Positions 10,172 through 20,708 are shown, counted from the first letter of the stretch. The stretch: 64,000 bases of DNA from Candidatus Omnitrophota bacterium (GCA_035368605.1 DAOSLF010000003.1:64889-128888), one strand, 5' to 3'. Notes: generated by a model not told the origin, from the sequence alone. Made by a program: numbers and translations.

Positions 10172-11581
10172 TCAGGAAGCGGCCGATTTCCTTTCCTTCA
10201 GGATCGCGATAAAAATATCCACGATCTGCGGGTCGAACTGGGTGCCGCTGTGTTTGCGAAGCTCCGCGACCGCCGATTCCTGGCTCAGAACCTGGCGGTA
10301 AAGCCGCTTTGAAGTCATGGCATCATAGGCGTCGGCCACGGAAAGGATCCTGGCAAAGACATGGATATCCTCCCCCGCGAGTTTGTCGGGATAACCGTTC
10401 CCGTCATGGCGTTCATGGTGACCGCGGACGGCCGCAAGCATCTCGGGCCCGAGAAGGACCGGCTTCAGGATATCCTCGCCGATCATCGGATGGTTCCTGA
10501 GAAGTTCCCATTCCGCTTCGGTCAGTTTCTCTTTTTTGGAGAGGATCGCCTCATGGATGCCGAGTTTGCCGATATCATGAAGGATCGCCGTCTGTTTCAG
10601 CATCTCCAGCCGTTCGGGAGAGAAGCCGAGCCGTTTCGCGATCTCGACCGCGAATTCCGAAACCCGTTCCGAGTGACCTCTTGTGTAGGGGTCCCTGGCT
10701 TCCACGATCATCACCAGCGTCCGGATGATCCCGTAGAAATAATCCTGGTTTTTCTGATAAGCGTGCGCCAGGTCGGCCGCCATCTGGTTGAACGAGCGGG
10801 ACAATTCCGAGATCTCGTCATGCCCCGTCACCGTGATCCTGTAGCTCAGATCCCCGCCGCTCACACGCCGGATACCGTCGGAAAGCGTCCGGAGTGACGC
10901 CGTCAGCCGGGTCGAGAACCAGATCCCGAGGGGAAGGAAGATCGCCAGACCGGCCACAAAAGCCAGCAGGACGCTCGCATGAATCTTTTTCTGCATCCGG
11001 CTGATGTCCGAAGCAAGTGTGTCGACCCCCACCACGGCGACCGCTTTGCCGCTTTTGTCCCTGACCGGCGCGTAACCGGAGAGCATGGTCCCCCAATCAT
11101 CGGGCTGGACTTTTTTTTCCGCGACCGGTCCGCGAAGCGCCTCGCTGATCTCGGGAAACCGGGTCACATCGTACCGGTCACCCGGATACGCGGTCACTCC
11201 TTTCCGGTATGCCAGATACGGATCCGCGTCGACGACGAATTGCCATTCGAGAGGGTTCTCCGCCGGTTTCAGGACATAGACAAAACCGATCAAGGGATTT
11301 TCCTGCTTCAGCCTCAAAAACCGGTCAAAAAGGGCACGAAACGCGGGCGTCTCGACACCGCTCCGGTCCATCGGGATCGATGCGATCTCGTCGGCATCGA
11401 CCGAGGAGGCTATCGCGCTCGCGGTGGTCATGAGATTCTCGCGAAGTTGTTCGAATTGGGCGCGAAGAGCAATGCGCTGGACCGCGATATCGCTCGCCAC
11501 TCCCATCAGAAAGATGGCGAGGATCAACGCCAGCGTGACGCGGACGCGAAAGCTTTCAAAAAAACGTCTGAGGTTATGCAT
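10172..11581 (-). CDS. HD-GYP domain c-di-GMP phosphodiesterase with N-terminal periplasmic sensor and HAMP domain
   Basis: 469 aa with two TM segments flanking a periplasmic region and a HAMP-like linker. The HD-GYP core is HDIGKLGI ... HHERHDGNGYPDKL. Confidence 0.85.
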   Translation of the reverse strand: MHNLRRFFESFRVRVTLALILAIFLMGVASDIAVQRIALRAQFEQLRENLMTTASAIASSVDADEIASIPMDRSGVETPAFRALFDRFLRLKQENPLIGFVYVLKPAENPLEWQFVVDADPYLAYRKGVTAYPGDRYDVTRFPEISEALRGPVAEKKVQPDDWGTMLSGYAPVRDKSGKAVAVVGVDTLASDISRMQKKIHASVLLAFVAGLAIFLPLGIWFSTRLTASLRTLSDGIRRVSGGDLSYRITVTGHDEISELSRSFNQMAADLAHAYQKNQDYFYGIIRTLVMIVEARDPYTRGHSERVSEFAVEIAKRLGFSPERLEMLKQTAILHDIGKLGIHEAILSKKEKLTEAEWELLRNHPMIGEDILKPVLLGPEMLAAVRGHHERHDGNGYPDKLAGEDIHVFARILSVADAYDAMTSKRLYRQVLSQESAVAELRKHSGTQFDPQIVDIFIAILKERKSAAS

Positions 11582-11584
11582 GTC

Positions 11585-14500
11585 TTAGTGAACCATTTTC
11601 CGGTTACAAAAGTCCAGGATTTTTTGCTGCAAATCACAAATCCGTTTTTCGATACCGTCGAGAACATCAGGGGCCTGAGGAAAGTCCGTGGTCACTTCCG
11701 CGGCATTCTTGAGGTAATAGATCATGCCTGAGCGGACCGGCTCTTTCAGGATCCGGGAGACCGCGAGCGCGTAAATCCCGATCTGCAGGTCATGGCCGCT
11801 CGCTTCCGCAGACGCGCGATCTCCCGCCGCCGTTTTATAATCAAGCACATGCCAGGCGCCGTCGCTTTCACGAAACAGCGCGTCGATCTTTCCGTGGATG
11901 AGCCCCCGTCGACCGTTCAGCGTGAAATCAACCTCACGTTCAACCCGGTCGGCCTTCCGGAGACGCTTAAAAAGAGCCGAACCGAAGAACGCTTTCAAGA
12001 TTTCGCGGCCGTCCCGGATGCCGTCTTTCCCGAACGACCCGAATTCCCGGTCCAGCACGTCCTGCTCCAGATACCGATCGGGATCCGTGAGATCGATCCG
12101 TTCCAAAAGCGAATGCATGGCCGTTCCGAAATCAGAGGCCCGGTAACCCGGCCTTTCCTCTTCTTCGGCTTCTTCCGCGTCCCGGACATCCTCCCGTGTT
12201 TCCTGCCACCCGATCTGGTAGGTCCGCCAGAAGGCCTGCGGGTCTTTCGAAAAAAGAACGTAGGCCGAAACGGGCAGGTCGATGCTCCGGAGTCGCGGGG
12301 CCTCGCGCGCCGGCTCCGGCACCGGTCCGGCTTCTTGCGCCGGCCTCATGGTTTCCAGGGCCTTCCGGATCTTTTCGCGCAGATTCTCCGGTTTCTGTCC
12401 AAAAAACGGGACCGCGCGATCGGTGTCACAAGCGGCAGGGATGCCGGTCTTCCCGGCGATCGCGTCCATCCAGTCCATCCAGGTCAGCATATCGGCGTAC
12501 CGATCTTTTGGCTTTTTCCGGATCTCACGAATCCCGCTCAGGATCAGCCGGGACTTCGCACGGGTACACGCCACGTAGAAAAGCCGCTTCCGCTCCTCCT
12601 TTTCGCGAAGAATCATTTTTTCGTCCAGAATCTGATAGAAACGGGATTTTTCGGGCGCTCGCGTCAGGTCGTTCCGAAGACGGATCGCGAAACCTTCGTT
12701 TGCGTGCGCAATAATGCTCTTTGGATCCGGATTCTTTCCTTCGGAGCCCATCCCCGCGACGATCACGACGGGGAATTCCAGACCTTTCGCCGCGTGAATG
12801 GTCATCATCCGCACCGTTTCCCCGCCCTCTTCGGCCGCCACCTGCGCCTCGGACTCCCGGACCTCCTGTGTTTCAAGCCGCTCCAGCATCACCAGAAACC
12901 GCGCCAGCGGCATCCTTTCTAAAGCCTCCTGTTCCCGCACCATCGCGATCAGTTTTTTGAGGTTCGCGTAGCGGCGATTCCCGCCCCGATCCGCAAGCAC
13001 GGTCAGTTCGTAACCCGTCGCTTCAAGAATCCTGTCGATGAGTTGCGAAAGAGGCATCCGGTCCTTCAGGCTTCTCAGTTCATCCGTGAGGGAGATAAAG
13101 GAGTTCAGGCGACTCTGTTGGTCTTCCGTGATGCTGTGAATGTTACAGGCTTCTTTCAGGGCGCGGCGAAGCGGCGCCGTTTTACTTTCGGATTTCGCGC
13201 GCTTCGAAAGCCAGAAAAGAGTGCTGTCCGTTATATGGAAAAGGGGCGAGCGGAGCGCCGCCGCGAGAGGGATATCCAGGAGCGGCTTTTCGAGATGCGT
13301 GAGATAGCTCACGATGTCCCGGATTTCGGGCTGGTGATAGAAGCCGCGGCCGGACATGATGAAATACGGGATGTCGAAGACCTTCATCGCGTGTTCATAG
13401 ATTCCGCTTTGTTTCATCCCGCGGAAAAGCACCGCGATGTTCCCGTAAGGGACGCCCTCTCTTTCGCGGAGGCTCCTGATCCGCGCCGCGACCGCGATCG
13501 CCTCGCGGATCTTCGCGTGTTCTTTCCCTCCTTCATCTTCCCCGAGGTTCGTCACGAGCATCTCCACGGGCTCCGCGGGCACCGGTCCCGGCCCTTCTTC
13601 CGCCCTGGCCTCCAGCTCCTCGAAAGGGAAATCCCGGTCCTCCCTCCAAAGCTCGCGAAAGATCGCGTTTGTTTTTTCGAGGAGGCGGGCACCGCTTCTG
13701 AAGTTCTCGACAAGCGGGATTCTCACACCCGCTTTTCCGGAACGGAATTTTTCGTCGAGTTCAAGGAAGATCCGCGGCTCAGCGCCCCGAAAACCGTAGA
13801 TCGACTGTTTGTAATCCCCTACCGTGAACACATTCGATCCCGAGGAGAGAAGTCCGATAAATCGCATCTGCAGGTAATTCGTATCCTGGAACTCATCGAC
13901 CAGGATGAACTTGAACCTCCGGCGGTAGCGTTCCCGCATCTTCTGGCACGCGGGACGGGAATCCGCAAAAAGGGCGACAGCACGGCTCTGGAGATCGTCA
14001 AAATCAAGGCGGTTCTCTTCTTTCTTCGCCGCCTCATAGGTCCTCTCGAATTTAAGGGCCAGCGCTTCAAATTTCTCGGCCCACGGTTCGGCGAGCGGTT
14101 CGATCTTCACGGCCGCCAGCGCGTCCGCGAGATTGCGCCACTCTTTCCATCCGTCTTTGTGTTTGCAGGAATATTGTTTTCTCCACTCACGGAAATCACC
14201 GAGGGTCTGCCAGTCCCAAAAGGGCTGATCCTTGAAACGGACCCATGAAGCCTTGTCGAAATCGTCACCGAGTTTCGCCGCCTGCGCCTCAGCCTCGCGG
14301 AGAAGCCTTGATCCGGCTTCCTTCAAAACCGCTTCCTTTTTTTCGCGGCTCTCGGAAAAGAATTCCGTCAGCGTTCTCCCTTCATGGCGTGCGGCGGCAA
14401 ACACCTGATAGAAACCGGAACGGATGGCGTTCTCGCCGTAGACGCGCACCGCATCAAAGGAAGGATCATTGTCGCGGAAGGTCGTCTCAAGGACCCGGGT

Positions 14501-14908
14501 CGCCGCCTCATCCTGAAGAAGATCGGCCTGCTCGGATTCCAGCACCCGGAAATCGGGATCGACCCGCGCTTCGAGCGGATGCTCCTTCAAAAGCCTTGCC
14601 GCGAAAGCGTGAAACGTTCCGATCGCGGCCTGCTCGAGTTCACGGCGTATTTGCTCGAGGCCGAGATTCCGAAGTCCCGCGGAAAGTCGGGTCTTGATCT
14701 CATTGGCCGCTTTATCGGTGAAGGTAAGGATCAGCAGCTCGCCGATCCCGGCTTTGCCGTTCTTGAGGATATGGAGGATGCGTTCAACCAGGACTCTCGT
14801 TTTACCGGTCCCTGCGCCGGCTGAGACAATAAGGTCCGTGGACAGGTGTTGGACCGCTTTTTTTTGTGTCGGCGTCAGTGATATGGGTGCTAGTTTTTGA
14901 TCGTTCAT
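11585..14908 (-). CDS. addA: UvrD-like helicase with C-terminal PD-(D/E)XK nuclease; AddA-type helicase-nuclease subunit A
   Basis: 1107 aa. Walker A AGAGTGKTRVL, UvrD helicase motifs (FILVDEFQDTN, VGDYKQSIYGFRGA), and the C-terminal nuclease motif GKIDALFRE...WHVLDYKT. Confidence 0.8.
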   Translation of the reverse strand: MNDQKLAPISLTPTQKKAVQHLSTDLIVSAGAGTGKTRVLVERILHILKNGKAGIGELLILTFTDKAANEIKTRLSAGLRNLGLEQIRRELEQAAIGTFHAFAARLLKEHPLEARVDPDFRVLESEQADLLQDEAATRVLETTFRDNDPSFDAVRVYGENAIRSGFYQVFAAARHEGRTLTEFFSESREKKEAVLKEAGSRLLREAEAQAAKLGDDFDKASWVRFKDQPFWDWQTLGDFREWRKQYSCKHKDGWKEWRNLADALAAVKIEPLAEPWAEKFEALALKFERTYEAAKKEENRLDFDDLQSRAVALFADSRPACQKMRERYRRRFKFILVDEFQDTNYLQMRFIGLLSSGSNVFTVGDYKQSIYGFRGAEPRIFLELDEKFRSGKAGVRIPLVENFRSGARLLEKTNAIFRELWREDRDFPFEELEARAEEGPGPVPAEPVEMLVTNLGEDEGGKEHAKIREAIAVAARIRSLREREGVPYGNIAVLFRGMKQSGIYEHAMKVFDIPYFIMSGRGFYHQPEIRDIVSYLTHLEKPLLDIPLAAALRSPLFHITDSTLFWLSKRAKSESKTAPLRRALKEACNIHSITEDQQSRLNSFISLTDELRSLKDRMPLSQLIDRILEATGYELTVLADRGGNRRYANLKKLIAMVREQEALERMPLARFLVMLERLETQEVRESEAQVAAEEGGETVRMMTIHAAKGLEFPVVIVAGMGSEGKNPDPKSIIAHANEGFAIRLRNDLTRAPEKSRFYQILDEKMILREKEERKRLFYVACTRAKSRLILSGIREIRKKPKDRYADMLTWMDWMDAIAGKTGIPAACDTDRAVPFFGQKPENLREKIRKALETMRPAQEAGPVPEPAREAPRLRSIDLPVSAYVLFSKDPQAFWRTYQIGWQETREDVRDAEEAEEEERPGYRASDFGTAMHSLLERIDLTDPDRYLEQDVLDREFGSFGKDGIRDGREILKAFFGSALFKRLRKADRVEREVDFTLNGRRGLIHGKIDALFRESDGAWHVLDYKTAAGDRASAEASGHDLQIGIYALAVSRILKEPVRSGMIYYLKNAAEVTTDFPQAPDVLDGIEKRICDLQQKILDFCNRKMVH

Positions 14909-14973
14909 GTTTCCATAAATACCATGGGTGCAAGATGCGTGGGTCCGTATTATACAAAAAAATCAACCGTCCT

Positions 14974-15444
14974 ATGGAAAAAATCCCTCCGGAAGTTATA
15001 CTTCAACCGATGGAGAACAATAAAAGAAAATTTTACAGACACCCGATCAAAGTACCGATTCGGCTGACACAGATCAAAGCGACGGTCGCGGCACCTTCGA
15101 AGTCTGAGGATCTCTCGGAAGGCGGGCTTTCGTTCTACTGGCCCGATGCCCTTCCCGAGGGCGCTCACCTCGAACTGGCGATCCCGGTTGAAAAACACCT
15201 GTTCAGGATGGAAGCCCATGTCGCTTACTCCAAAAGGGACAATGCGATGGGGCTTTACAAGACCGGCGTCTGCTTCAAGGACCCCACAAGCGCTTTCCGC
15301 GCGAAACTCGCCGAAGAAATCATCAAGATTCGCGCGTACCGGGAAAAAATGGAGACACTGCGGGGACAGGCGTTTTCCGAAGAAGAAGCCGCCGCCCGGT
15401 GGATCAGCCGCAACGCCGAGGCTTTCGCGAAGCTTTTCGGTTAA
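14974..15444 (+). CDS. PilZ-domain protein (c-di-GMP effector)
   Basis: RKFYRHPIKVPIRL followed by DLSEGGLSF matches the PilZ RxxxR ... D/NxSxGG pattern. The start was chosen at the internal Met MEKIPPEV and is uncertain. Confidence 0.6.
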   Translation: MEKIPPEVILQPMENNKRKFYRHPIKVPIRLTQIKATVAAPSKSEDLSEGGLSFYWPDALPEGAHLELAIPVEKHLFRMEAHVAYSKRDNAMGLYKTGVCFKDPTSAFRAKLAEEIIKIRAYREKMETLRGQAFSEEEAAARWISRNAEAFAKLFG

Positions 15445-15552
15445 TGGGGCCGTCACACCCGGGTCGTCAGAGTCGTTGAGAGATTTTTGATCCCACCCTC
15501 ATGATCCGAAAAATTTTTGGGCAGGAATCTTCCCCAAGGGCACAGGCTGCGA

Positions 15553-16308
15553 TCAGACCTGAGTGTCTTTGGGAGGCTGCAGGAAAGAAACCGGGTTCCG
15601 GCCGGGTTTTGCGAAATAATATCCCTGACTGTAGCGGATCCCCATATTGCGGACAAAGTCACAGTCTTCCCTGGTCTCCACGCCTTCGGCGATCATTTCC
15701 GAACCGTTCATCCTGCCGAGGTGGACCATTTCGCGGACAATCTGCTGGTTGAGATTATTGTTCGCGATCCCCCGGATCAGATGGAGGTCGATCTTCAGGA
15801 ACTCCGGCCTGAGGGAAGCAAGCTGAAGGGTCTTCGCGCCGATCTCCGTCAGGTCGTCCAGCGCAAGCCGGTAACCGAGGGCACGGATGAACCTGACGCC
15901 TTTTTTGATGAACTCAAAATCCGACCGTTTGACGCTTTCCGTCAGTTCAAAAACGATCCTGTCGGAATATGCCCTGAAGTGCTTCAGAAACATTTCACCT
16001 TCTTTGCCGGCGGCGAAGGCCTCTTTGAGCGTCGGCGGTTCGATATTGAGAAAGAGGTATTGCCCCTCCGGGAACGTGGGGAGCGCTTTGACGGCCGCTT
16101 CCATGCAATAAAAATCAGAAGAAACGATCGTCCCTTTTTTATAGGACTTGTGGAACATCTCGACCGGCGTTTCTTTTTCGCTACGGGCAAGCGCTTCATG
16201 GCCGATCACGTCCCAGGTCGCGACATCGATGATGGGCTGGTAGACGGAATACACGCCCGAAGGCATGTCGGGCTTGTGTTTTTTGAATAAATTCACGAAA
16301 AAATCCAC
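15553..16308 (-). CDS. EAL-domain c-di-GMP phosphodiesterase, stand-alone
   Basis: YQPIIDV ... GHEALAR ... ELTESV ... KIDLHLI ... EGVET ... QGYYFAKP. The DDFGTG loop reads DDLTEIG, which may affect activity. Confidence 0.85.
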   Translation of the reverse strand: MDFFVNLFKKHKPDMPSGVYSVYQPIIDVATWDVIGHEALARSEKETPVEMFHKSYKKGTIVSSDFYCMEAAVKALPTFPEGQYLFLNIEPPTLKEAFAAGKEGEMFLKHFRAYSDRIVFELTESVKRSDFEFIKKGVRFIRALGYRLALDDLTEIGAKTLQLASLRPEFLKIDLHLIRGIANNNLNQQIVREMVHLGRMNGSEMIAEGVETREDCDFVRNMGIRYSQGYYFAKPGRNPVSFLQPPKDTQV

Positions 16309-16638
16309 GTCGTTACTCCTCGATTAAAAAAACGCAGTAAGTGTACACGATGTCTGGTGGATTTACCAGACCGCGAGCCCTTCTCATTCCGGGAAAATCG
16401 CCTTCAGGGCCTGATCGGGGGAGAAACATTTGAATCCGAAACCGGAGCGCACGAGTTTTTCGGGAACAACCTTCTTCCCCGGCGGAAGTATCTCCGCCAT
16501 CTCGCCGGGGAGCAGTTTGACCGCGACCGGAAGGACCTTCAGCCGGGATGGTCGTCCCATGGCGCGGCCACGGGCATTTTACAGAAAACCTCCATCCCCT
16601 GAGGCGCCGGACGCACGATCGCTCTAATCATCTTTACC

Positions 16639-17121
16639 TTAATAGATCTTTTTACTGTCCATCCGCTCCCATTTTTCCAAAAGCGCCCGGCATTCCTTCA
16701 AAAGAAACTTCCCCCGGCTCTTGACGGGACTTTTTCCATACCGTTTCATGCGGGAATTCGGAAGAGACAATTCATTGAAACCGAGACGGGCGACGTCAGC
16801 GATCGCCGTACCCCAGATCACGAGCGGGATACGCGCCCAGTGGATCGCGGAAAAACACATCGGACAGGGTTCGGTCGTGGAGTAGATCACGCAGTCGCTC
16901 AGATCAAACCGGCGGAGCTTACGCGAGGCTTCGCGGATCGCGTTGACCTCGGCATGGCAGGTCGCGTCCTTTTTCAGCAGAACAGTGTTATGGGCAGTCG
17001 CAATGACCCTGCCGTTACGGACAATACAGGCGCCAAAAGGCCCTCCGTCGTTTTTTTTCATTCCTTGCGCGGCTGTCCGGATCGCAAGTTTCATCCATTT
17101 TGACAACGGTTGATGTGTCAT
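16639..17121 (-). CDS. Cytidine/deoxycytidylate-deaminase-fold enzyme, guanine-deaminase (GuaD)-like
   Basis: GGPFGACIV ... CHAEVNAI ... EPCPMCFSAIHWAR closely parallels Bacillus GuaD (GGPFGAVIV ... HAEV ... EPCPMC ... AIYWAR). It could alternatively be a TadA-type tRNA deaminase. Confidence 0.7.
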   Translation of the reverse strand: MTHQPLSKWMKLAIRTAAQGMKKNDGGPFGACIVRNGRVIATAHNTVLLKKDATCHAEVNAIREASRKLRRFDLSDCVIYSTTEPCPMCFSAIHWARIPLVIWGTAIADVARLGFNELSLPNSRMKRYGKSPVKSRGKFLLKECRALLEKWERMDSKKIY

Positions 17122-17132
17122 CTTCTTCCCTC

Positions 17133-18137
17133 CTATTCGCGCAAAGCGGCAACCGCCTCACGGATCGCCTCGAGCATTTGCCCGTGAAAAACGCCGTTCG
17201 TTGCCACGAAGCCGTGGTTGTTCTTCAGGATATTTCCCGTGCCGTAATCGATGGGATCCCCACTCAGGTCCGTCACGCATCCTCCCGCTTCTTCGATCAC
17301 GAACGCCCCCGGCGCCACATCCCAGATCTTTTCGCAGTAGGCCGGATCGCGACGCGGCGGAGTCCGGGAAAAGATCTCCGCGCCTCCCGATGCGAGGGTC
17401 GCATGCTTCGCCTGGCTGTCCATCGCGACCGGTTCGGCGACGATCCCGAGCGTGTTCCTGATGAAAGCGTTCTTTTCCGCGTTCTTGTGCCCCGGGTCAC
17501 AAGAATCCAGGATGCGTGCCCGTGTGATATCACGGCAGGAAGAAACCCGCAGCCGTTCCCATGGACCGTCCTGACATAAAGGAGAAGCCCAGCAACCCCG
17601 TTCCCGGATCGCGAGCAGGATCACGCCCGCCCCAGGCTTTTCATGACCGGGAAGAGCGAGTTCCGGACAGCCCAGCGCGGAGAACTCCACTTTGCCGTTC
17701 CGGATCAGCGCGAGCGCCGTCACATATTGCCCTCCGCGCAAATAACCTTTCGTGCCGTCGATCGGGTCCAGCGTCCAGAAAACCTCCGCGGCCTTCGAAG
17801 TCCCCCGGTCGATCCGGTCGCAAATATCCTCCGGGGAGGCGCCAGGGATGAACTCGCGCGTGAACCTGACGATTTCCCGGAGACGCGCCGCTCCCTCCGG
17901 CCTCCTCAACTCGGTCGCATTTTCTTCCGCAACGAGAGGGACGCCGGGGAAATAGCGGTCGATCAGGCAACCCGCGACCGCCTGGATCGCCATATCGGCA
18001 ATCGTAACAGGTGAATGATCTTCTTTGGAGTGGACAGCGAAAGCGCCCTGCGCTTTGACGCTCACGGCTACTTTGGCCGAGGCCCGAAGCAGTTCGACGG
18101 CAAAAACAGCCTGGGAGGATGAAAGATCAGGACGCAA
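17133..18137 (-). CDS. Inositol-monophosphatase-family enzyme, 3'(2'),5'-bisphosphate nucleotidase (CysQ)-like
   Basis: Metal-binding motifs EENATE ... WTLDPIDGTKGYL ... and the C-terminal WDVAPG motif. Confidence 0.75.
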   Translation of the reverse strand: MRPDLSSSQAVFAVELLRASAKVAVSVKAQGAFAVHSKEDHSPVTIADMAIQAVAGCLIDRYFPGVPLVAEENATELRRPEGAARLREIVRFTREFIPGASPEDICDRIDRGTSKAAEVFWTLDPIDGTKGYLRGGQYVTALALIRNGKVEFSALGCPELALPGHEKPGAGVILLAIRERGCWASPLCQDGPWERLRVSSCRDITRARILDSCDPGHKNAEKNAFIRNTLGIVAEPVAMDSQAKHATLASGGAEIFSRTPPRRDPAYCEKIWDVAPGAFVIEEAGGCVTDLSGDPIDYGTGNILKNNHGFVATNGVFHGQMLEAIREAVAALRE

Positions 18138-18525
18138 TTTTGAAGAACTCCCGAACCTGTTTCAAAAGCTCCCCGGCCTTGACCGGCTTCGGGATGAACC
18201 GGTTCTTGCTCAGCGCGGGATGCGCCGCAGCTTCCTCCGGCGTCATCAGCGACGTGAAGAAAATAACGGGGATCGAGGAAAGATCCGGGGTCATCCGGAG
18301 CTGTTCGGCGATTTCGGTCCCGTCCATGTTCGGCATCACGATATCGAGGAGGATCAGGTCGGGACGCCAGTTTCCGATCATCGTCAGGGCCGTTTCACTT
18401 TTGTTGCAAACCACCACCTCGAAACCGCCTTTTTCGGTCAGGACCATCCGGGCCAGATTCGAAAAAGCCACGTCGTCATCAACGATCAGGATCGATTTCC
18501 TTCCGCTCACGGAAACCTCGCTCAA
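18127..18525 (-). CDS. Stand-alone response-regulator receiver protein (CheY-like)
   Basis: 132 aa. The phospho-acceptor Asp is in DLILLDIVMPNMDG and the conserved Lys in FIPKP. Confidence 0.8.
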   Translation of the reverse strand: MSEVSVSGRKSILIVDDDVAFSNLARMVLTEKGGFEVVVCNKSETALTMIGNWRPDLILLDIVMPNMDGTEIAEQLRMTPDLSSIPVIFFTSLMTPEEAAAHPALSKNRFIPKPVKAGELLKQVREFFKIAS

Positions 18526-18687
18526 GGGTTAAGAATCGCGTTTGTTCCAGCATCTATTTTATCGGCCCGGTTTCATTCTTGTGAACGTAGATTTTCGGAA
18601 TGAAAGTCAGACAGAGCCGTCCCGAAATAACCTCTTCTCAACCGGGGCTGATTTGTCGATAATAGGTCCCTGAAAACCGGAGGCATC

Positions 18688-19395
18688 ATGTTTCTTTTTC
18701 TGAAACTTGTTCTCGCGCACCTGATCGCGGATTTCGTCCTGCAGTTCGAGGAGCTTTACCAGCTGAAGGTCCGCCGTTTCATGGGGCACCTGCTCCATGT
18801 CCTGATTCATGCCGGCGTCACGGCTATTCTCCTTTTCCCTTATCTGAACGAGCCGGTCATCCTTCTTTTCATCGCGTTCCTGACGGGCGAGCATCTCCTG
18901 CAAGACCTGACAAAATACAGCCTGACCCAAAAATTCCCCGCGAAAAAATTCCTGTACTACATAGTCGACCAGATCAGCCACTTCGCCGTTCTTGCCCTGA
19001 TCTTCCTCGTTCCTTTCGCCAATGAAGCGAGGGCGCTGCCGGGTTCCCAGTCGCTGAACTTCCTGTATCGTTATCCGCCCATAACCGGGCTCTTTATCTT
19101 TTTCGTGTTGCTTACCTTCGCGGCCAACTACACCCTGAACTCTTTTTACGTGAGCTACGTGAAGGGCTGCCGCCCGTTCCACTGGATCACATCGCGTGAA
19201 ATGACCGTCGCGATCCTCGAGAGAACCGCGATCGCCGCGGCGGTGATCCTGGGCCGGTCCCCTTTCCTGGTCGCGCTTTCTCTCGCGGCAGGCCTGATCC
19301 GCCTTCCGTTCAAGGACCTGCGGTCCTGGAGGGATTTCCTCCTCAGCGCCGTCTACAGTCTCACACTCAGTTACGGATTCCTCGCATGCCTGTAA
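18688..19395 (+). CDS. DUF3307-family integral membrane protein
   Basis: N-terminus LKLVLAHLIADFVLQ is typical of DUF3307. The protein is polytopic. The long antisense ORF on the minus strand is judged spurious. Confidence 0.55.
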   Translation: MFLFLKLVLAHLIADFVLQFEELYQLKVRRFMGHLLHVLIHAGVTAILLFPYLNEPVILLFIAFLTGEHLLQDLTKYSLTQKFPAKKFLYYIVDQISHFAVLALIFLVPFANEARALPGSQSLNFLYRYPPITGLFIFFVLLTFAANYTLNSFYVSYVKGCRPFHWITSREMTVAILERTAIAAAVILGRSPFLVALSLAAGLIRLPFKDLRSWRDFLLSAVYSLTLSYGFLACL

Positions 19396-20708
19396 AGAAA
19401 ACTCCGAAAAAACCTCACCGCAGGAACAACCTGTCGAAAGAACCGAAAAGCTGCCCGGCAAACAAGGTCCGGAACCTTCAGAAGATTCTGGCCCTCAACA
19501 GCGTCCTCAACTCCACGCTCGAGCTGAATCAGCTTCTCACCGTCATCATGAGAACTTCCGCCGAGGTCATGCGCGCGGAAGCCGCTTCGCTCCTTCTTAT
19601 CGATGAAGGAACCGGCGAGCTTGTCTTCCGGGTGGCGCTTGGCGGCACGGGGTCCTCCCTTGAGGAAAAATTCCGCGTCAAAATGGGCGAAGGGATCGCC
19701 GGCACGGTCGCTAAAACCGGAAAACCTATCGTCGTCAATGACGCCCGAAACGATCCGCGTTTCGCGAAGCGTTTCGATAATTCCACGGGTTTTGTCACGA
19801 AGGCGATACTTTGCGTCCCCCTCAAGGCCAAGGACAAGGTCATCGGCGTCCTCCAGGCCATCAACCCCGTCGGCCGCAAAGGGTTCTGTCTGAGCGACCT
19901 CGACCTTTTCCAGACCTTCGCACACCAGGCTGCGGTCGCGGTCGAGAACGCGAAACTGCATGCCGAAATCGTCAAACAGGAGACGGCCAGGCAGGCCCTC
20001 AAGATCGCCCACGAAATCCAGCAGAATCTCCTTCCCGACCTGAAGAACCACCGTTACGGCACCGATCTTTTCGCGAAGTCCATTCCGGCATTCGATGTGG
20101 GAGGCGATTTCTACGACGTGGCAGTTCTCGATCATGGCAGGATCAGCGTGATCCTGGGCGATGTGTCGGGCAAGGGCGTACCGGCAGCGCTTTACATGGT
20201 ACGCGCGATGTCGGAATACCGGTTTCTCGCGCCACAGGCCAAAGACCCCGCGGAACTCCTGACCCAGCTCAACCGGAAACTCTCCGAGCAAAGCTTTCTC
20301 GGCATGTTCATCACAATGGTCTGTCTTATGATCGACCCGCACACGGGATCGGTCCAGTACTCGTCCGCGGGACACCTTCCGGTCCTCACCCGCCGCGCCG
20401 CGGACCGTTCCACCGAGCTCCTCAAGGGTCCCCAAAGCGTTCCGCTCGGACTCGCGCCGGACGCGCCGTTTTTTCTCAGCACCGTAAAACTTGAAAAACA
20501 CGACGCGCTTTTTCTTTACACGGACGGCATCACGGAAGCCAGGAACCGGAACGGAAAAGAATACACCGTCGAACGCCTCGCGGCCTGCGTCGCGGATCCC
20601 GCGCCCTCCGCCGAAGCCTATCTCGACAGGATCTGCGAGGACCTCAGCCGCTTCTCCAGCGGCGCCGAACAGCACGACGACATCACCGCCCTCGCGGTCA
20701 TACTCTAG
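19386..20708 (+). CDS. GAF-domain PP2C-type serine phosphatase (SpoIIE/RsbU family)
   Basis: GAF region (SLLLIDEGTGELVF ... GEGIAGTVAKTGKPIVVND) followed by PP2C/SpoIIE motifs DVGGDFYD ... ILGDVSGKGVPAAL ... LFLYTDGITEA ... DDITALAV. Confidence 0.85.
   Translation: MPVKKTPKKPHRRNNLSKEPKSCPANKVRNLQKILALNSVLNSTLELNQLLTVIMRTSAEVMRAEAASLLLIDEGTGELVFRVALGGTGSSLEEKFRVKMGEGIAGTVAKTGKPIVVNDARNDPRFAKRFDNSTGFVTKAILCVPLKAKDKVIGVLQAINPVGRKGFCLSDLDLFQTFAHQAAVAVENAKLHAEIVKQETARQALKIAHEIQQNLLPDLKNHRYGTDLFAKSIPAFDVGGDFYDVAVLDHGRISVILGDVSGKGVPAALYMVRAMSEYRFLAPQAKDPAELLTQLNRKLSEQSFLGMFITMVCLMIDPHTGSVQYSSAGHLPVLTRRAADRSTELLKGPQSVPLGLAPDAPFFLSTVKLEKHDALFLYTDGITEARNRNGKEYTVERLAACVADPAPSAEAYLDRICEDLSRFSSGAEQHDDITALAVIL

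Noticed and set aside
11792-14248. Several long + strand ORFs (376 aa, 401 aa and others) inside the addA locus
   Set aside because: They are antisense to a 1107-aa helicase-nuclease with clear motifs. Their Arg/Pro/Ser-rich composition is typical of GC-rich antisense frames.
15517-16290. 257-aa + strand ORF
   Set aside because: Antisense to the EAL-domain gene, which carries a complete set of EAL motifs.
16309-16638. Possible small gene or RNA in the 330-bp gap between the EAL gene and the deaminase gene
   Set aside because: Only short, overlapping low-complexity ORFs (81 and 65 aa) with no motifs, and no tRNA-like or riboswitch-like structure that I can recognise.
18607-19461. 284-aa minus-strand ORF
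   Set aside because: It overlaps the + strand DUF3307 membrane protein, which has a recognisable family signature. The minus ORF is highly charged, low-complexity and lacks motifs.
19371-20675. 434-aa minus-strand ORF
   Set aside because: Antisense to the GAF-PP2C phosphatase gene, which has clear domain motifs.
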